From: Macrostomum lignano
Lineage: Eukaryota
Reading direction: 5' to 3'
NCBI GenBank assembly: GCA_002269645.1
Contig: NIVC01001195.1
Span: forward strand, 275,604-339,603
DNA length: 64,000 bases
Shown one piece after another: positions 61,175 to 64,000 of the stretch (within the stretch, counting starts at the first letter, position 1; every line of letters starts with the position of its first letter). The notes under the pieces are model-generated. The model was not told where the DNA came from. It ran no database searches and saw nothing but the letters and a program-made list of their open reading frames with translations. A program made the translations under genes and the position numbers.

Positions 61175-61700
61175 GCATGACATGGTGTGACATAACACTA
61201 CATGACATGACATGACATAACACTACATGACATGACATGACACTACATGACATGACATGACATGACACTACATAATATGACATGACATGACATGACACTA
61301 CATGACATGACATGACACTACATGACATGACATGACATGACACTACATGATATGACATGACATGACATGACACTACATGACATGACATGACACTACATGA
61401 CATGACACTACATGACATGACATGACATGACACTACATGATATGACATGACATGACATGACACTACATGACATGACACTACATGACATGACATGACATGA
61501 CATGACACTACATGATATGACATGACATGACACTACATGATATGGCATTACATTAAATGTCACTACATGGCATGACATGACATGACATGACACTACATGA
61601 TATGACATGACATGACATAAAATTACATGACATGACACAGCATAACATGACATGACATGACATGGTACTGCACGACATGACACAGCAGAGCATTACATGA
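61175..61700. repeat. (CATGA)n pentanucleotide microsatellite with CACTA interruptions
   Basis: Seen directly; explains the VMSCH-type ORFs. Confidence 0.95.
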
Positions 61701-61703
61701 CAA

Positions 61704-62098
61704 TCACACGGCATGGAGCCGCGGCGGTTCGGCCATCCTGGAGTAAAGCCTGGCGAGCACCTGGTCGGCGTCCAGCTGCCTGAAGTGGGCATCGTCTTGG
61801 TCGCGAGCCAGCTGCTCCTGGATGTCGCGCACCTCGGTCTCCATGCGGCGGCGAAGGTCGCGGACAGGCCGCGCACCAGGTGGTCGTGAGCTCGCTCCCG
61901 GACCTGCAGCTCGCGCCGCTCAGTGGCCAGAGACTCGGCCAGCATGGCGAACCGGTCCCTGTAGAAATTCTCCATCGAGGCCACTTCGTCCGCCGTCCGC
62001 TTGTGCAGCTCGGCTTGATGGTCCCGGGCTCGAGTCCGGTGCTCGCGAATTCGCTGACGCTGCAGCTGCAGCGCCTCAGTGAACAGGCGGCGAAAGAC
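61704..62098 (-). CDS. CEP95: CEP95 (CCDC45) C-terminal coiled-coil exon with a 1-nt frameshift near 61865; upstream exons not found in the window
   Basis: Acceptor at 62099-62100. VFRRLFTEALQLQRQRIRE...DEVASMENFYRDRFAMLAESL..ERRELQVRE, then after the shift VRDLRRRMETEVRDIQEQLARDQDDAHFRQLDA. This matches the CEP95 C-terminal pattern as I recall it. Confidence 0.78.
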
Positions 62099-63294
62099 CT
62101 GACAAGGAGAGATGAGCTGAGATGATGGATGCTGGTTTGCACTGGCTGTACAGTAGTGAGACAGCGCCCGGTGAAGTGGCCTCAGTGAGAGGATTCTAAG
62201 AAATATATTTCTTAAATGGAAAATCTAAGAAATTATATAAAAATAGGGATTCTAAGAAATCTAAGGATGATCTCTAAGAAACCAGGATAACAAATTGGGA
62301 TTCTAGCAAATCCGGATATTTGAAATTGGGGTATCTACGAAATCACGGAATTTCAAATGTGGATTCTAAGAAACCTGAATGTTTCAAATGTGAATTCTAA
62401 GAAATTTGGATACTTCAAATGTGAATTTTAAGAAATCTGTATTTTTTAATAGCGATTGAAGATATTTCAAATAGGGACTCTAAGAGACAAGAGATTTAAA
62501 CTGCGACTCTAAGAAAAGAGAGATGTAGCTCGTAGAATGCAGATTTCGAGAAAAATGGGAGACTCAAGGATAAAATTGGGATTCTATGTGAATGATAAGA
62601 ACATGGACTTTGGGCTGGGCTGCTGCTAAGATCAAAGTGCTCTCAAACTGCAGGGAAGCTGCAAAAGCAGACAAAAGTGCAAATTAAACACACGAATGGC
62701 GGTCAGTCACAATCAGGCATCAGGCAAAAAGGTGGGGCCTGAGCTGCTGAAAGGAAGCCACTCAAAAGCAATTATATTATAGGCGGAAGAGCCTTCTCAG
62801 CACTTCTCGAGCCGAGCAGGAGTGACCTAGAGTGTCATCTCCTCCCTGACTAGTGCATATTACTCGAGAGATCGCAGGGTCGAGGGGCTCAACGACCGGC
62901 CCTCTTTTTTTCTGGAAGCCCCGCACACAAGCGGCTTCCTTAATTCTAGAGAAGTTTGCTAAAGTTGCACCTCGATTCAGTGCGGAAACTAATTTTCCAT
63001 ACATATCGCCAGATGAGAAAATATATGGAATTATAACTGGAGAAAATAGCTGATACATAAGAGCTGACAGACAAGAACTGACACATAAGAACTGGTCAGT
63101 TGCCTCTCAATAATAAGAAATTGATTACACCTGCCCTGCAGCTGCAGCTTTTGCGCGGCGCATCTGAAGGCTGCGTACGGCTGTTCAGTCCAAGGACTGG
63201 GGGGGGTCGCCACACGCACCCTCAATTACCCCAGCTAATGCCGGCACCCATTTTACAGCTGGGTGGAACTGACGCAATGCAGAGTTGAGTGCCC

Positions 63295-64000
63295 TCAAGA
63301 ACTGGTCAGTTGTCCTCAAGAACTGGTCAGCTGTCCTCAAGAACAGGTCAGTTGTCCTCAAGAACAGGTCAGTTGTCCTCAAGAACAGGTCAGCTGTCCT
63401 CAAGAACAGGTCAGTTGTCCTCAAGAACAGGTCAGTTGTCCTCAAGAACTGGTCAGTTGTCTTCAAAGAACAGGTCAGTTGTCCTCAAGAACAGGTCAGT
63501 TGTCCTCAAGAACAGGTCAGTTGTCCTCAAGAACAGGTCAGCTGTCCTCAAGAACAGGTCAGCTGTCCTCAAGAAGAACAGGTCAGCTGTCATCAAGAAC
63601 AGGTCAGTTTTCTTCAAGAACAGGTGACAGGTCAGTTGTCCTCAAGAACAGGTCAGTTGTCCTCAAGAACAGGTCAGTTGTCCTCAAGAACTGGTCAGCT
63701 GTCCTCAAGAACAGGTCAGTTGTCTCAAGAACAGGTCAGCTGTCCTCAGAACAGGTCAGGTTGTCCTCAAGAACAGGTCAGCTGTCCTCAAGAACAGGTC
63801 AGTTCGTCCTCAAGAACAGGTCAGTTGTCCTCAAGAACAGGTCAGTTGTCCTCAAGAACAGGTCAGCTGTCCTCAAGAACAGGTCAGTTGTCCTCAAGAA
63901 CAGGTCAGCTGTCCTCAAGAACAGGTCAGTTATCCTCAAGAACAGGTCAGTTGTCCTCAAGAACAGGTCAGTTGTCCTCAAGAACAGTCAGCTGTCCTCA
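63295..64000. repeat. 21-bp minisatellite (AAGAACAGGTCAGTTGTCCTC), runs off the window
   Basis: Tandem array seen directly. Confidence 0.95.

Noticed and set aside
62777-63058. 93-aa minus-strand ORF as an upstream CEP95 exon
   Set aside because: No recognisable CEP95 similarity and no convincing splice sites.
1-64000. rRNA, tRNA, SL RNA or snRNA genes
   Set aside because: None recognisable by eye; tRNAscan-SE and Infernal would be needed to exclude them.

Overview
Eukaryotic (metazoan) genomic DNA with GC-rich exons, GT-AG introns and introns or intergenic spacers filled with minisatellites. This style fits the flatworm Macrostomum lignano, but that is my inference and is not proven by the sequence. 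I reconstructed spliced gene models by hand: ULK3 (+, 11 exons); a C-type-lectin/sushi-like type I membrane protein (-); RPP21 (+); an orphan two-TM ORF (+); a MYORG/GH31 glycosidase (-); a Tctex-1 domain dynein light chain (-); a calmodulin-like gene (-) whose single intron holds a complete DEG/ENaC channel gene on the opposite strand; a secreted vWA-like protein (-); FBXL4 (-, with a 1-nt frameshift); and a 3' exon of CEP95 (-, also with a 1-nt frameshift). Mobile DNA comprises an intact Ty3/Gypsy element in the last FBXL4 intron (identical 200-bp LTRs, -1 frameshift signal), a 1.46-kb non-coding LTR element (TRIM-like), two hAT-type non-autonomous elements, and an unclassified TIR element. 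Three of the non-autonomous elements carry a tandem array as internal cargo. Most long ORFs in the supplied track are translations of tandem repeats. I found no CRISPR, rRNA, tRNA or prokaryotic features. Gene and repeat boundaries were counted by eye; repeat edges are approximate.
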